The translations under genes and the position numbers were made by a program. A DNA stretch of 63,873 nucleotides, filler included, from Octopus bimaculoides (taxonomy: Eukaryota), in assembly GCF_001194135.2 (NCBI RefSeq). It is 6 parts of 5 records of this genome, joined end to end, with 100 filler letters (N's around TTAATTAATTAA, not from the genome) between each part and the next. Parts side by side here need not be neighbours in the genome. Positions count along the whole stretch, not along the records: positions 59,511 to 63,873 come from NC_069007.1; 5 more parts are not named here. The stretch is one strand, 5' to 3'. This document shows, one piece after another, positions 63,797-63,873 of the stretch. Within the stretch, counting starts at the first letter, position 1, and every line of letters starts with the position of its first letter. A model generated the notes under the pieces. The model had not been told where the DNA came from and searched no databases. It saw only the letters and a program-made list of their open reading frames with translations.

Positions 63797-63873
63797 TATA
63801 TATATATGTGGGTATATACATATATATGTATGTAAGTATATATGTGTATATATGTATTTATATATATATATAT

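Overview
AT-rich, microsatellite-dense eukaryotic intergenic or intronic DNA from a gappy draft assembly. The SINE families and (TTAGGG)n suggest a coleoid cephalopod, probably Octopus; this is inferred from recalled repeat families, not from a database search. The window is not contiguous: five identical 100-bp spacers (N44-TTAATTAATTAA-N44) split it into six joined segments (1-19696, 19797-26066, 26167-32455, 32556-38351, 38452-59410, 59511-end), so adjacency across spacers has no proven biological meaning. I can support no intact host protein-coding gene, RNA gene or CRISPR array. Most supplied ORFs are microsatellite or N-gap artefacts. The recognisable content is mobile DNA: a full-length (~1290 bp) but inactivated DD34D mariner; several R4/Dong-like RLE-type non-LTR retrotransposon fragments that abut (TAA)n or (TACA)n arrays; RTE, CR1/Jockey-like and L1/Tx1-like LINE relics; three to four tRNA-derived SINE families (two copies with perfect 12-13 bp TSDs); and small MITE-like elements. 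There is also a ~5.6 kb degenerate (TTAGGG)n array pointing the wrong way for a terminal telomere, and a probable decayed multi-C2H2 zinc-finger sequence. The most striking element is a near-perfect 163-bp palindrome at 38169-38331. Each arm encodes a complete minimal type-I hammerhead ribozyme fold with a non-canonical U4C core and a palindromic stem III, one on each strand, as expected for an inverted Penelope-like pseudo-LTR.
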